54,809 bases of DNA from a virus (IMGVR_UViG_3300012985_000013:1-54809), one strand, 5' to 3'; counted from the stretch's first letter, positions 9,087 through 18,512 are shown. The notes: a model not told the origin generated them from the sequence alone. A program made the numbers and translations.

Positions 9087-9314
9087 GGTCGAGCGCCCCA
9101 AGGTGGGGCAGACGTGGCTGCACGAGGCGAGCGGCTACTGGTATCGCTGCACCCGCGCGTGGCCGGCGATCGTCTTCCAGGGCTACGGTCGCACCCGCCG
9201 GCCGAGTGAGCGCGCCCTGGCCTCCGGCGCCTGGCGTCGGGTGCTGTGAGCACAGTCAATGAACATCATTGTCCCCTTGCGTGAGAGGCTCACTTGCTCC
9301 ACGCTGTGTCCTAG

Positions 9315-9355
9315 TTGACACAGGGGACTGACTAGGATACTGTTTTTCCTAGTCA
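9315..9355 (+). promoter_or_regulatory. Sigma70/SigA-type promoter with -10 inside an inverted repeat
   Basis: TTGACA 9315-20, 17 bp, TACTGT 9338-43; arms tgactagga/tcctagtca. Confidence 0.85.
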
Positions 9356-9412
9356 CGACAGCCTGGCTGGCTGTCAACGAACGCCCCAATCTGGGGCAGA
9401 AGGGAACCCGCC

Positions 9413-9706
9413 ATGCAGACCTACATCGCACGGCTCACCGACCGGGGATCGCTCAGCGAGCCCATCATCTGGCGCACCGAGTCCATCGCCGAGGCGCGCG
9501 AACTGCTCGCCAACGTCGGCAGCTGGCAGACCGCGCCCGACAGCGGCGACCAGATCCTGCTCAGCGACTCGGCGTTCGTCGACGTCTTCGACTACCCGAC
9601 GCACGCCAAGGATCCCGACCTGGCCCTCGTCATCGAGGACCAAATGCCCCGCCTCACGTTCTCCATCGGAGTGCGCGGCGGCATCCGGCGGGAGGCCCAC
9701 CGATGA
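9413..9706 (+). CDS. Hypothetical protein
   Basis: GAAGGGAAC RBS; C-terminal GVRGGIRRE. Confidence 0.75.
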   Translation: MQTYIARLTDRGSLSEPIIWRTESIAEARELLANVGSWQTAPDSGDQILLSDSAFVDVFDYPTHAKDPDLALVIEDQMPRLTFSIGVRGGIRREAHR

Positions 9707-9948
9707 CCGTCACAATCGAGCAGGTGTCGCTCGCTCTCAACATCTACGGCGAGCCGTACGTGAACGAAGGAGACTCACCTCGCTGGGCGCTGTACGCCGA
9801 CAGCGACTCGGGCGTGGTGACCGCCGCCACCCTGGCATCCGGCGATATGCCCAAGGATCACCCGCTGTATGGCGCGGAGGATGAGTGGCTGTACGGCGAC
9901 GACGTCCTCGAGTTCCTGGCACGAGAGGACGTGGTGGCAGATGTCTGA
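9703..9948 (+). CDS. Hypothetical acidic protein
   Basis: GGAGG RBS, ATGA overlap. Confidence 0.7.
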   Translation: MTVTIEQVSLALNIYGEPYVNEGDSPRWALYADSDSGVVTAATLASGDMPKDHPLYGAEDEWLYGDDVLEFLAREDVVADV

Positions 9949-10318
9949 CTCAGGCCGCCCCAACCTGGGGCACCTCGTCGGTCGGCAGGTCCGCCTCACC
10001 GGCGAGGCGTGGGACGGTGCGACCTACCCCTCGCGGTGGAGCGTCCACACCATCGTCCGCATCGACGACAACGGCATCCCGCGCATCCATCACGAGGGCC
10101 ACAACTGGCTCGTGATCCTGCCCGACACCAAGGAGTCGCCCGCCATGCGCCGAGACTGGTCGGCCGTGCTGACCGAGCCGAGCGACGCCGTCGCCCGGCT
10201 GCAGAAGTGGGCGCGCGACGTGGCGCAGCTGCTCGCCGTCGAGGGTCAGCGATGGACCGAAGAACTCGAGGCGCTGCGCGTCATCGAGAACGATCTGGAC
10301 CTGGAGGCACAGCGATGA
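9941..10318 (+). CDS. Hypothetical protein
   Basis: MSDSGRPNLGHLVGRQVRLTG... Confidence 0.7.
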   Translation: MSDSGRPNLGHLVGRQVRLTGEAWDGATYPSRWSVHTIVRIDDNGIPRIHHEGHNWLVILPDTKESPAMRRDWSAVLTEPSDAVARLQKWARDVAQLLAVEGQRWTEELEALRVIENDLDLEAQR

Positions 10319-10611
10319 TCCGCATTCTGCTGCACGCCGTGCAAGACGCCCGCCTGCTGGAGCAGGTCGCCGGCATCCTCGAGACGGCGGTCGAGGTCGA
10401 CCCTGACCACTGGGACAAGGTGAAGGATCAGCCCGGCATCGTCGACCACTACGGCCACCACACCGACACGCGATCGTCGACCGTGCTGGTCAAGGAGTCC
10501 TGGTCGCCCTGGTACTACCGGCTGACCATCCGCCCCGGCGAGAACGCGGTGTACGACAACCTCGCCGCCCTCATCGCATCCACCCTCGTCGCCACCCCGG
10601 CGACGGTCTGA
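10315..10611 (+). CDS. Hypothetical protein
   Basis: GGAGG RBS, ATGA overlap. Confidence 0.7.
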   Translation: MIRILLHAVQDARLLEQVAGILETAVEVDPDHWDKVKDQPGIVDHYGHHTDTRSSTVLVKESWSPWYYRLTIRPGENAVYDNLAALIASTLVATPATV

Positions 10612-10805
10612 CCGCCCCAACCTGGGGCAGAGAGAAGCACCACCATGGCCACCATGACCAACGAGCAGCGCCGCGTTCACCGTGCGCTCGGCAGCGCAGA
10701 GAAGCGCCTCATCCACCTCGTCGTGTTCGAGGCGGATCCGAAACAGATCGCCCGCACCGAGGCCACCGTGAAGCGGCTGACCTCTGCCTGGAAGGCGTGC
10801 CAGCG

Positions 10806-11267
10806 ATGACCGACCTCGTCGGCCGCAAGGTGCGCCTGACCGGCGCTGGCTACGCCAAGTACATGTTGGCGCAGAGCGTACGCACGGTCGCCGTGGATGA
10901 CTCTCGCGTCGACGGGACCGTCGGATGCCGGACGGGAGACGGCTTGCTTTGGACGTGGCTCAACGATCGCGACCACGAGTTCGCCGGTGTGCTGCTGCCC
11001 AAGCGTGTGCGCATCTGGGTCTACTCGTTCGCCGTCCCGGACTCACTCAGCGGGTTCGAGTGGGGCCCCGTCGACGACGATCCGATCGGGGCCGCACGAC
11101 TGCACGCTCTCTTCGACGAAGAGGCGGCGAACCCTATCGGGTACGGCGCTCTCGTCGAGATGCACCTCGCGCTCGACGGCGCGGCGAACATGACCGACTA
11201 CATCGACGGCGAACTGCAGGATGCAATCGCTCTCGGCCTGGTCGGCAAGATCATCGGGAGGTACTGA
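10806..11267 (+). CDS. Hypothetical protein
   Basis: MTDLVGRKVRLTG...; N-terminus resembles that of 9941..10318. Confidence 0.7.
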   Translation: MTDLVGRKVRLTGAGYAKYMLAQSVRTVAVDDSRVDGTVGCRTGDGLLWTWLNDRDHEFAGVLLPKRVRIWVYSFAVPDSLSGFEWGPVDDDPIGAARLHALFDEEAANPIGYGALVEMHLALDGAANMTDYIDGELQDAIALGLVGKIIGRY

Positions 11268-11554
11268 TGAGCGACCTCGACCTGCGGTCCATGTTCCCGG
11301 AGTGGCTCAGCTTCACCGGCGAGGACATGAAGCTGCGCCGCAAGCGGGAGGTGACCACGCCGTTCCGCAGGTGGGAGATCCTGCCGCGCTACGGCTCGGC
11401 CGAGTCCGACCGCTGGACCATCATCGGCGCGCCGGCGCCCGGCCCGAGCAACCCGGCCCGCGACTACGAGGACGGCCAGTACCCGTCGCTCGCCGCGGCG
11501 TACGACGCCCTCAACCAGTGCCTCGCGCACGACGACGGCACCAGCGAGAAGTGA
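11267..11554 (+). CDS. Hypothetical protein
   Basis: GGAGG RBS, TGATG overlap. Confidence 0.7.
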   Translation: MSDLDLRSMFPEWLSFTGEDMKLRRKREVTTPFRRWEILPRYGSAESDRWTIIGAPAPGPSNPARDYEDGQYPSLAAAYDALNQCLAHDDGTSEK

Positions 11555-11603
11555 GCAAATCGCTCAACCAACCGCCCCAGGTTGGGGCAGAAAGAGCAGG
11601 GAC

Positions 11604-12245
11604 ATGAGCAAGTTCCAGAACGCATACGACGAGCAGGCGTACAGCCTGTCGCTCGACGCGACCCAGGACTCGGACGGCGACCAGGCGTCGCCGCTCGGGT
11701 GGTTCGGGTGCCTCACGCTCGACGTCGACGCCGACGGCGAAGGGATCGTCGAGCACTACGGCACCCGCCACCTACTGGTGCACGAGTCGAGCGAGGGCTT
11801 CGTCACGGTGATGCCGTTCGCTGACGGCGACCTGCGCGACCGCCGGTTCAAGGATCTGCAGCAGGCGTACGAACTGTGGGAGGCGGGCGTCGCTGACGCC
11901 GAGATCAAGCTGGCGATCGACAACTACCTGCAGGCCGCCGTGTTCACGTCGAAGATCGTGGACCCGTCCGTGCCGTGGTCCGGCGAGGCCCAGGTGCAGG
12001 CGCGGGACGAGGTCATCGAGTTCGTGACCTCCAACATCCGGGAGATCCGCCAGTTCCAGGAGGCGACCGGCCATGGCTGGGAGCAGATCGGCATCGACTT
12101 CTGCCTGACCCGCAACCACGAGAGTGCTGGCTTCTGGATGCGCGACCACGCCGGGGCCGCCGGCAAGGCGCTGACCGACGCGGCCCGGATGTGGGACGAG
12201 GTCGACGTGGAGATCGACGACAACGGAGAGCAGGTGTTCGCATGA
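11604..12245 (+). CDS. Hypothetical acidic protein
   Basis: 213-aa ORF containing GIDFCLTRNHESAGFW. Confidence 0.8.
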   Translation: MSKFQNAYDEQAYSLSLDATQDSDGDQASPLGWFGCLTLDVDADGEGIVEHYGTRHLLVHESSEGFVTVMPFADGDLRDRRFKDLQQAYELWEAGVADAEIKLAIDNYLQAAVFTSKIVDPSVPWSGEAQVQARDEVIEFVTSNIREIRQFQEATGHGWEQIGIDFCLTRNHESAGFWMRDHAGAAGKALTDAARMWDEVDVEIDDNGEQVFA

Positions 12246-12634
12246 GCAAGATCGAGTGGATCACAGCGCCGCAGATCGAGGTCGGCGGCAGCGCGCGGCC
12301 GGACTCGGTGACCGACGAGCACGGCATCCAGAACAGCGTGGCGATCATCACGCTCACGAACCGGCACAGCGGCGACGCTGTCGTCATCGAGGGTCGGCCC
12401 GAGCATCTGCTCAACCTGGCCCGCGCGCAGCTGCGCGTCGCCGAGCAGATCGTCGAGGCGACGATGCGTGACCCGCAGCTGCGATCGATGTACGGGCTGA
12501 CCGCACACGTCGGAACGGTCGAGTTCATCGCCGAGGCGCGGGCTCTCGGGGCGGACGACGGGGCTGTCGCCAGGGTCATGCTCGATGAGCGAGCGCCCCA
12601 AGTTGGGGCGGTGGGGGAGGAGGACCGTGGCTGA
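12242..12634 (+). CDS. Hypothetical protein
   Basis: ATGA overlap; coding-like codon pattern. Confidence 0.7.
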   Translation: MSKIEWITAPQIEVGGSARPDSVTDEHGIQNSVAIITLTNRHSGDAVVIEGRPEHLLNLARAQLRVAEQIVEATMRDPQLRSMYGLTAHVGTVEFIAEARALGADDGAVARVMLDERAPQVGAVGEEDRG

Positions 12635-12929
12635 CCACCGCTTCGTCGTCACCGTCTCGGGATGCACGGCTGAGCAGGCCGAGCAGGTCATGAGCGAGCG
12701 CATCAACGTAGACGAGGACTACGGCTTCGAGTACACGATCGGCTGGGAGGGGACCGCGCCGACAGGGTATGTCGTCGGCGCACCGGACACCACGCCGAAT
12801 GGCGGGGGCTACTGCGGCGAGATGGACGACAACTTCGTCTGCACCCGCGAGCCCGACGGTCACTCGCAGCACGCCGCCGGCAATGGGTACACGATCGCTC
12901 ACGTGTGGGGAGAGCCCGATGCCTCGTGA
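12627..12929 (+). CDS. Hypothetical protein (C..C..H..H motif)
   Basis: GGAGGAGG RBS; CGE...CTREPDGHSQH. Confidence 0.7.
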   Translation: MADHRFVVTVSGCTAEQAEQVMSERINVDEDYGFEYTIGWEGTAPTGYVVGAPDTTPNGGGYCGEMDDNFVCTREPDGHSQHAAGNGYTIAHVWGEPDAS

Positions 12930-13185
12930 GCGGGGCGGGTGGCTCACGCCGGACGCCCTCAAGACGGCCGGCATCTGCGAGCAGTGGGCGCATGAGCAGT
13001 CTGACTTCCGCAACGAGGTGAGCCTGTGCCACGACGAGCGGCAGGGTGGCTACGTGGTGCAGCACGTGCACATCCGATTCACCGACGGCGTGCGCGAGGT
13101 GCACGCCTGGCAAGTAGGCGAGCGCATCCACCTGGCACGGCGCCAGTTCCGCAAGGTTGTCCAGTCCCTCGGAGGTCGGGCATGA
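12919..13185 (+). CDS. Hypothetical protein
   Basis: ORF overlapping both neighbours. Confidence 0.6.
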   Translation: MPRERGGWLTPDALKTAGICEQWAHEQSDFRNEVSLCHDERQGGYVVQHVHIRFTDGVREVHAWQVGERIHLARRQFRKVVQSLGGRA

Positions 13186-13373
13186 AGTGGGTCATCTACT
13201 GGTGCACGGTGCTCGCCATCATCCTGCTGTTCGCGCTGCATAGCAGTGAGGGCGTCGCGGACGATATGCCGCCCGCGGTGTTCGGCCTGCTCCATGGTGT
13301 CGCCGCCGTCCTGGTTGGCGTCGTCGTGCAGCAGTTCTACATCGCGATCACCAAGCGCGAGAAGGGGGATTGA
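13182..13373 (+). CDS. Small two-TM membrane protein
   Basis: MKWVIYWCTVLAIILLFAL...VFGLLHGVAAVLVGVVV. Confidence 0.65.
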   Translation: MKWVIYWCTVLAIILLFALHSSEGVADDMPPAVFGLLHGVAAVLVGVVVQQFYIAITKREKGD

Positions 13374-13411
13374 CACAAGGCGGTGACTAGGATAGAGTTC
13401 TTTCCTAGTCA
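13370..13411 (+). promoter_or_regulatory. Sigma70/SigA-type promoter with -10 inside an inverted repeat
   Basis: TTGACA 13370-75, 17 bp, TAGAGT 13393-98; arms tgactagga/tcctagtca. Confidence 0.85.
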
Positions 13412-13472
13412 AGAAGTGGAGCATCCGCTCCGACGAACCGCCCCAATCTGGGGCACCACGAAGGGAATCATC

Positions 13473-14498
13473 GTGACCATCACGGCAACCACCACCACCT
13501 CCACGCTCGCCGGCTTCATGGCCGGTCGCCACTGGATCGGCCACGCCGAAGCCGCCGAGAAGTTCGACGGCGCCGTGCCGCGGCAGGCTGCGCTCGACCT
13601 GCTCTCCTACCCGCTGGCCGAGGGCAACGTCAAGGTCGAGGTCATCACCGAGGATGGCGTGCTCGTCATCGACGACCCGAAGCGCAAGGCGATCGTCCGC
13701 GTCGACACCGGCAAGGTGTTCAACTACACGGCGCTCGGCTACAAGATCCACCAGCCTGACGAGTGGCTGCTCAAGCACATGGAACTCATCACCGACGGCG
13801 GCCTCGAGATCGGCACCGTCGCGGTGACCAAGGGCGGGGCGCTCGCCATGCTGCAGGCTGAACTGCCCGAGGCGCGCATCGCCACCGCGCCCGGCGCTGA
13901 GCCGGTGCCGCACCGCCCGCACTTCATCGCGGCCACCAGCCACGACTCGTCGATCGCCACCACCTACGGCGCGGGCACCAAGGTGCTCGTCTGCGAAAAC
14001 CAGCTGGGCGTCGCGTCGTTCATGAAGGGCGGACTCATGGACGTGTTCGTCAAGATCCGCCACTCGGCCAACTCGCTGGACCGGGTGTTCGAGATCCGCC
14101 AGCGCCTCGGCCTGGTGGTCGAGGAGATCGGCGACGCGTTCGACCTGGAGTTCCGCACCCTCGTCAGCCAGCACGTCAGCGACGCCCGGTTCTACGAGAT
14201 CGTGAAGGACTTCACGGGCGAGGACCGCGCGAAGGAGGGCCGGTCGAAGACCATCGCCACCAACAAGGGTGACGCGCTGCGCAACATGTGGAAGAACGAC
14301 CACCGCGTGGCGCCGTGGCGCAACTCGATGTACGGCGTGCTCGCCGCGTTCAACACGGCGTCGCACCACGACGGTGCGTTCGGCCGCGACGAGGAGAAGC
14401 GGATCGAGCGCAACACGGTGCGCACGATCGAGGGCGGGTGGGACGAGTTCGACACGAACGTCCTGCGCATGGCCGGCGCGAAGCTGCTGGTCGCCTGA
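13473..14498 (+). CDS. DUF932 / TIGR03299-like phage-plasmid protein
   Basis: Motifs YKIHQP, TSHDSS, VCENQL, YGVLAAFN match the family as recalled; GAAGGGA RBS before GTG. Confidence 0.75.
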   Translation: MTITATTTTSTLAGFMAGRHWIGHAEAAEKFDGAVPRQAALDLLSYPLAEGNVKVEVITEDGVLVIDDPKRKAIVRVDTGKVFNYTALGYKIHQPDEWLLKHMELITDGGLEIGTVAVTKGGALAMLQAELPEARIATAPGAEPVPHRPHFIAATSHDSSIATTYGAGTKVLVCENQLGVASFMKGGLMDVFVKIRHSANSLDRVFEIRQRLGLVVEEIGDAFDLEFRTLVSQHVSDARFYEIVKDFTGEDRAKEGRSKTIATNKGDALRNMWKNDHRVAPWRNSMYGVLAAFNTASHHDGAFGRDEEKRIERNTVRTIEGGWDEFDTNVLRMAGAKLLVA

Positions 14499-14512
14499 CC
14501 TGACTCATCACG

Positions 14513-14545
14513 GTGGGCGGGGGATGTAGACGGGCCCCCGCCCAC
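14513..14545 (+). terminator. Stem-loop after the DUF932 gene
   Basis: gtgggcgggg...ccccgcccac, no U-tract. Confidence 0.45.
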
Positions 14546-14582
14546 GACCACCGCCCCAGATTGGGGCATGAAGGGAACCGTA

Positions 14583-14948
14583 ATGCTGTACATGAACGAC
14601 TACGACGTCGAGATGGCGCGCCGCACAGCGGAGCGCGAGGGTTGGACGGTCACGCTCGATGCGATCGCCACGCTCAAGCGCCTCGTCGAGTGGGCTGACA
14701 CCCACTCCGACGGCTGGGCCTACTGGCCGAAGCCCGCTCGAGCCGCGAACCAGCTGATGCAGCGCATCCGGGAGCAGGAGAACAAGCTCTACTCCAGCCG
14801 CGAGGAATACGACATGACGTACAACGACCGTGATGCCGCACTCCGTCCGATCAAGGCTTTCCTCACCCGGCAGATCACCGCTGGGAATGCGACCGAGTCC
14901 GACCGCCTGTGGATCCTCGAGGGTCTGCGCTCCGAGGATGTGGTCTGA
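14583..14948 (+). CDS. Hypothetical protein
   Basis: GAAGGGAAC RBS; SDGWAYWPKPARAA motif. Confidence 0.75.
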   Translation: MLYMNDYDVEMARRTAEREGWTVTLDAIATLKRLVEWADTHSDGWAYWPKPARAANQLMQRIREQENKLYSSREEYDMTYNDRDAALRPIKAFLTRQITAGNATESDRLWILEGLRSEDVV

Positions 14949-14949
14949 G

Positions 14950-15558
14950 ATGAGTCCACTCACCCGACGCGCCACCATGGCGTACCGCGCCGCCACCGCC
15001 CACCAGATCGACGCCGGTCACCGCTGGTACGTCGACGCGCACACCGTCGCCGCCAGCCAGGCTGAGACGTACGGCACGACCATCGAGGTCGCCGCCGGCG
15101 TGCTCGCCGCGACCTCACCCCGCCTGGGGTGGGGGCCAAACGTCATGATCGCCGAGCGGATGCTGGCATCCGGCGGCACGCTGGAGCGCGGCGCACTCGG
15201 CCGCTCGCTGGCCACCGCCCGTGCGATCTGCGCCGGGGGCGACCCCGACAAGATCCTCCGCGGTCCGAAGACGAACGCGTTCTACCACGCGATCATCACC
15301 GCGGGCGGGTCGCCGACGCCGGTCATCGACCGTCACGCCTGGGACATGCTGGTCGGCCAGCGCCAGGCGCCGCCCCCCAATTTGGGGCAGTACCGGCAGG
15401 CCGCTTCCGTCATGGAGCGGGCTGCCGACATCCTCGCCGTCGGCGTGCACGAGGTCCAGGCTGTGACCTGGCTGGTGCAGCGTGCGAAGTTCTGGAACGA
15501 GGGCGCGTTCGACCTGACCGCCCGCAAGCCGATGCTCGAGGGAGCGGCAACATGGTGA
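14950..15558 (+). CDS. Conserved phage protein, possibly HhH-glycosylase-like fold
   Basis: WY...AATSP..W..N...GPKTNAF...VIDRHAW...QAVTW motif series. Confidence 0.6.
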   Translation: MSPLTRRATMAYRAATAHQIDAGHRWYVDAHTVAASQAETYGTTIEVAAGVLAATSPRLGWGPNVMIAERMLASGGTLERGALGRSLATARAICAGGDPDKILRGPKTNAFYHAIITAGGSPTPVIDRHAWDMLVGQRQAPPPNLGQYRQAASVMERAADILAVGVHEVQAVTWLVQRAKFWNEGAFDLTARKPMLEGAATW

Positions 15559-15902
15559 TGTTCAGCAGCGTGGTCCGCGAGGATGTCGAGCCGGACTGCC
15601 CCTACTACCAGCGCACGGGCAACCAGAAGTGCAACCGCGGGTGCTGGCAGGAGCCGTCATGCATCACGGATGAGCCGCTCGGCGGGTGGCTCAAGCCGCA
15701 GATCAACGAGCCGAACCCGATCCTGCTCTGGCATCGGGAGACGACACGAGAGGGCTGGTCACCCATCGCCGCCCGATACACGCTCGACCACTGGCCAGCC
15801 ACCATCGGTGCCCTGCCCGACCTGGGCATCATCACGTACACCCCCGAGCAGGAGGAGCATGCACGCCGCGTGCTCACTCGGCTCGCCAAGCTGGGAGCCT
15901 GA
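15552..15902 (+). CDS. Hypothetical Cys-rich protein
   Basis: CPY..CNRGCWQEPSC. Confidence 0.65.
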   Translation: MVMFSSVVREDVEPDCPYYQRTGNQKCNRGCWQEPSCITDEPLGGWLKPQINEPNPILLWHRETTREGWSPIAARYTLDHWPATIGALPDLGIITYTPEQEEHARRVLTRLAKLGA

Positions 15903-15903
15903 C

Positions 15904-16548
15904 ATGACAGAGACGAAGTACCCCGCCGGTCAGCGGCCGCGCATCCGACTGCAGGGTGTGACCGGCGTGCGCGAGCCCGTGCTCGTACGGATCAACAGCC
16001 GGTCGGCCTACTTCCGCAGTCGCTATGTCGTCGGCGAGATGGCGTGCAACGCGGACGAGGTCGAGATCATCCGCCACGCCGACGGCACGCCCGTCCTCGA
16101 GACGGAGCACTGGCCGCCGCTCACCCCGTACGACACGGGCCAGCGGCTGCAGCCCGAGGTCTGGGTGACGCCGGACCGGCGCCGCCCCGAGGAGCACGAC
16201 CCCGATCGCTACGGTCGGGTCGACTTCAACAACGACGAGAACGCCACCGACGTCACGGTCTGGGTGGAGCGCGGCGAGAGCGGCGGAACCGTCATCAACA
16301 TCGACGGGCACAGCGAGATCGAGCGCGTCGTCGTGAACGCGATGGACAACACGGTTGACCCGGTCATCGACCTCGGCAGCGACGTGCCCCAGGTTGGGGC
16401 ACTGACTGCCGAGCGGCTGGTCGAACTGCTGCGCAAGCACGGCGAGGGTGGCGACTGGATAGACACGGACGCCAGCCACAGCGACGTCGTGATCGACGGT
16501 CGCTTCGACCTGTCGGCGATCGTCGCCGCGATCAACGGGGAGGACTGA
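15904..16548 (+). CDS. Hypothetical protein
   Basis: GGGAG RBS, 214-aa ORF. Confidence 0.7.
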   Translation: MTETKYPAGQRPRIRLQGVTGVREPVLVRINSRSAYFRSRYVVGEMACNADEVEIIRHADGTPVLETEHWPPLTPYDTGQRLQPEVWVTPDRRRPEEHDPDRYGRVDFNNDENATDVTVWVERGESGGTVINIDGHSEIERVVVNAMDNTVDPVIDLGSDVPQVGALTAERLVELLRKHGEGGDWIDTDASHSDVVIDGRFDLSAIVAAINGED

Positions 16549-16549
16549 C

Positions 16550-16798
16550 GTGGGCGACATCGACTTCCCTGGCCACGTGCCGCAGCCGCAGCGCAAGCTC
16601 GTCATCGAGATCGCTCTGGGTGAAGGGATGGACACACCCGAACAGGTGCGCATGGCGGTCGACGACGCGATGTGGGTGCACGGAGGCATGGACCTGGCCG
16701 GCACCCGCGCGCGCTTCGACCTACTTCCACGCGCTCCGCACGGCGAACTCAGGAATGGATACGACCGCAAGGTCGGGGAGTGGAGGATCACCTCATGA
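16550..16798 (+). CDS. Hypothetical protein
   Basis: GGAGGA RBS. Confidence 0.6.
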   Translation: MGDIDFPGHVPQPQRKLVIEIALGEGMDTPEQVRMAVDDAMWVHGGMDLAGTRARFDLLPRAPHGELRNGYDRKVGEWRITS

Positions 16799-17169
16799 AG
16801 ACGAACACCGAGCGCCTGGCCGACGCCCTCAAGCAGGTCGACGACAGTAGCTACCAGCACATCGACGACTTCTCCCTGGTGGTCGACGGCTACTACGAAC
16901 GCGAGCCGCTCGACGGCGCGATCGACACGCACCTCGTGCCGCTGGCCAGCATCAGCAAGCGGCAGGAGCCCGACGCCCTGTTCCTCCGGGAGACGTGGGC
17001 TACAGGCACTACCGGCGACGGCCGTGAGTTCGAGATCAGCCGCACCGGCGTGACCCTGATCCTCGCGATCGGCAAGTTCGGCGCGGCCGAGCGCGAGACG
17101 CACACGATCACGCTCACCGACCTGGCGCCGGCGTGGCTGCGCGCCGTGGAGGCGGACGGCGATGAGTGA
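16795..17169 (+). CDS. Hypothetical protein
   Basis: GGAGG RBS, ATGA overlap. Confidence 0.7.
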   Translation: MKTNTERLADALKQVDDSSYQHIDDFSLVVDGYYEREPLDGAIDTHLVPLASISKRQEPDALFLRETWATGTTGDGREFEISRTGVTLILAIGKFGAAERETHTITLTDLAPAWLRAVEADGDE

Positions 17170-17398
17170 GTTCAGCGAGTTCCAGGGCGTGACGCCGCGC
17201 GGCTTTGGGTACTCCGAGTTCCCCACGAAGCGGGGCTACAACGGCGGTCCACTGCAGGTGCAGGAGTCCAGCCTCGCGTACGAGCGATGCCTGTGGGTCG
17301 GACAGGACGATCACCGTGCACACCTCGAGGAGGAGCAGGTGCGCCAGCTGCGCGACCTGCTCACCGCGTGGCTCGAGGAGGGGGAGGATCGTGGCTGA
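17162..17398 (+). CDS. Hypothetical protein
   Basis: VQESSLA...LWVG...RAHL motif. Confidence 0.7.
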   Translation: MSEFSEFQGVTPRGFGYSEFPTKRGYNGGPLQVQESSLAYERCLWVGQDDHRAHLEEEQVRQLRDLLTAWLEEGEDRG

Positions 17399-17738
17399 GC
17401 AGACCGCCAAGATGTACGTGCCCACCTCCGAACTCAAGGCGTGCATGCGCGTGTCGGTCCGGCCGAATGAGCCGCTGCGCGAGGTGCTCGACGTCATGCT
17501 GCTGACCTCGGACGGCGTGCGGCGCGTAACGTTCTCGGACCCAGTGCCGGGCCGGACGATCTCGAAGTCGTTCGCTGCGACGGAACTGCACGAGGTGCAC
17601 CTCACCCTCGACGAGGTGGTGGCAGAGCACAACAGGCTCAGCCGCGAGGAGACGGCCGCGTTCGAGCGCGGCCTTGACCTGGGCAAGCAGCGCACCAAGA
17701 TGGCCGCGCTGGCTCGGTCGCTGGGGCGGCGAGTATGA
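17391..17738 (+). CDS. Hypothetical protein
   Basis: GGAGG RBS before GTG. Confidence 0.65.
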   Translation: MAEQTAKMYVPTSELKACMRVSVRPNEPLREVLDVMLLTSDGVRRVTFSDPVPGRTISKSFAATELHEVHLTLDEVVAEHNRLSREETAAFERGLDLGKQRTKMAALARSLGRRV

Positions 17739-17917
17739 CCGGCCCGTACAAGATCCGGCACACCATGCAGTACAGCGAGATCGTCTACTACTCGGCGACC
17801 GGGGTTGAGGTCGAACGCGAGCGCGTGCATGACGACCACACGTATGACTCGGGGGAGCCGGAGCCACTCACCGAGCAGGAGATCGCTGACTGGATGCCGG
17901 ACGAGGAGGAGGGATGA
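17735..17917 (+). CDS. Hypothetical acidic protein
   Basis: ATGA overlaps. Confidence 0.6.
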   Translation: MTGPYKIRHTMQYSEIVYYSATGVEVERERVHDDHTYDSGEPEPLTEQEIADWMPDEEEG

Positions 17918-18132
17918 CCGTCGAGTTCACGCCGGACGACGGCAGCACCGATCGATTCGTGGTCGACGGCTATGGCCGCGAGGTCGGCATCGTCGACACG
18001 AAGACCAAGAGGTTCGCCGCGTTCCATGGCAAGGACGCGGTCGATCTCAAGCGCCGGCTGGAGTACGTGGTCAGCCGACTCAACGATGGAACGGACACCC
18101 CGACGGGGTACGTCTGGGAGGAGATGGAGTGA
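17914..18132 (+). CDS. Hypothetical protein
   Basis: GGAGGAGG RBS. Confidence 0.65.
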   Translation: MTVEFTPDDGSTDRFVVDGYGREVGIVDTKTKRFAAFHGKDAVDLKRRLEYVVSRLNDGTDTPTGYVWEEME

Positions 18133-18443
18133 CGACGCCGACACGGCTCAGCCGCAAGCGGCTGGAAGCGCTCATCGACTTCGCCGAGCGCGGCCTGGAG
18201 GATCAGGCGTACAACGTGCGCGAGGACGCGGGCATCGATCTCACCGAGACGGAGGCCGACCTCTCCACCCAGCTGCGCGAGATGGACGAGGACGACATCA
18301 TCTTCTACGAGAAGAGCGACCTGCGCGAGATGCACGAGCGGCGCAGGGCCGCGGAGGCGGCGATCGAGATTCTCAGTCGCCGCCTCCACCCGGAGTGGTA
18401 CGAGGCAGCGCCCCAATCTGGGGCAGGACAGGGGCAGTCATGA
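18129..18443 (+). CDS. Hypothetical protein
   Basis: GTGA overlap. Confidence 0.65.
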   Translation: MTTPTRLSRKRLEALIDFAERGLEDQAYNVREDAGIDLTETEADLSTQLREMDEDDIIFYEKSDLREMHERRRAAEAAIEILSRRLHPEWYEAAPQSGAGQGQS

Positions 18444-18512
18444 CCTGGAATCACCCCGACAACCCCGTGCCGGATGAGCACGACGAAGACCTCTGAGAGA
18501 ACAGGAGAATCC

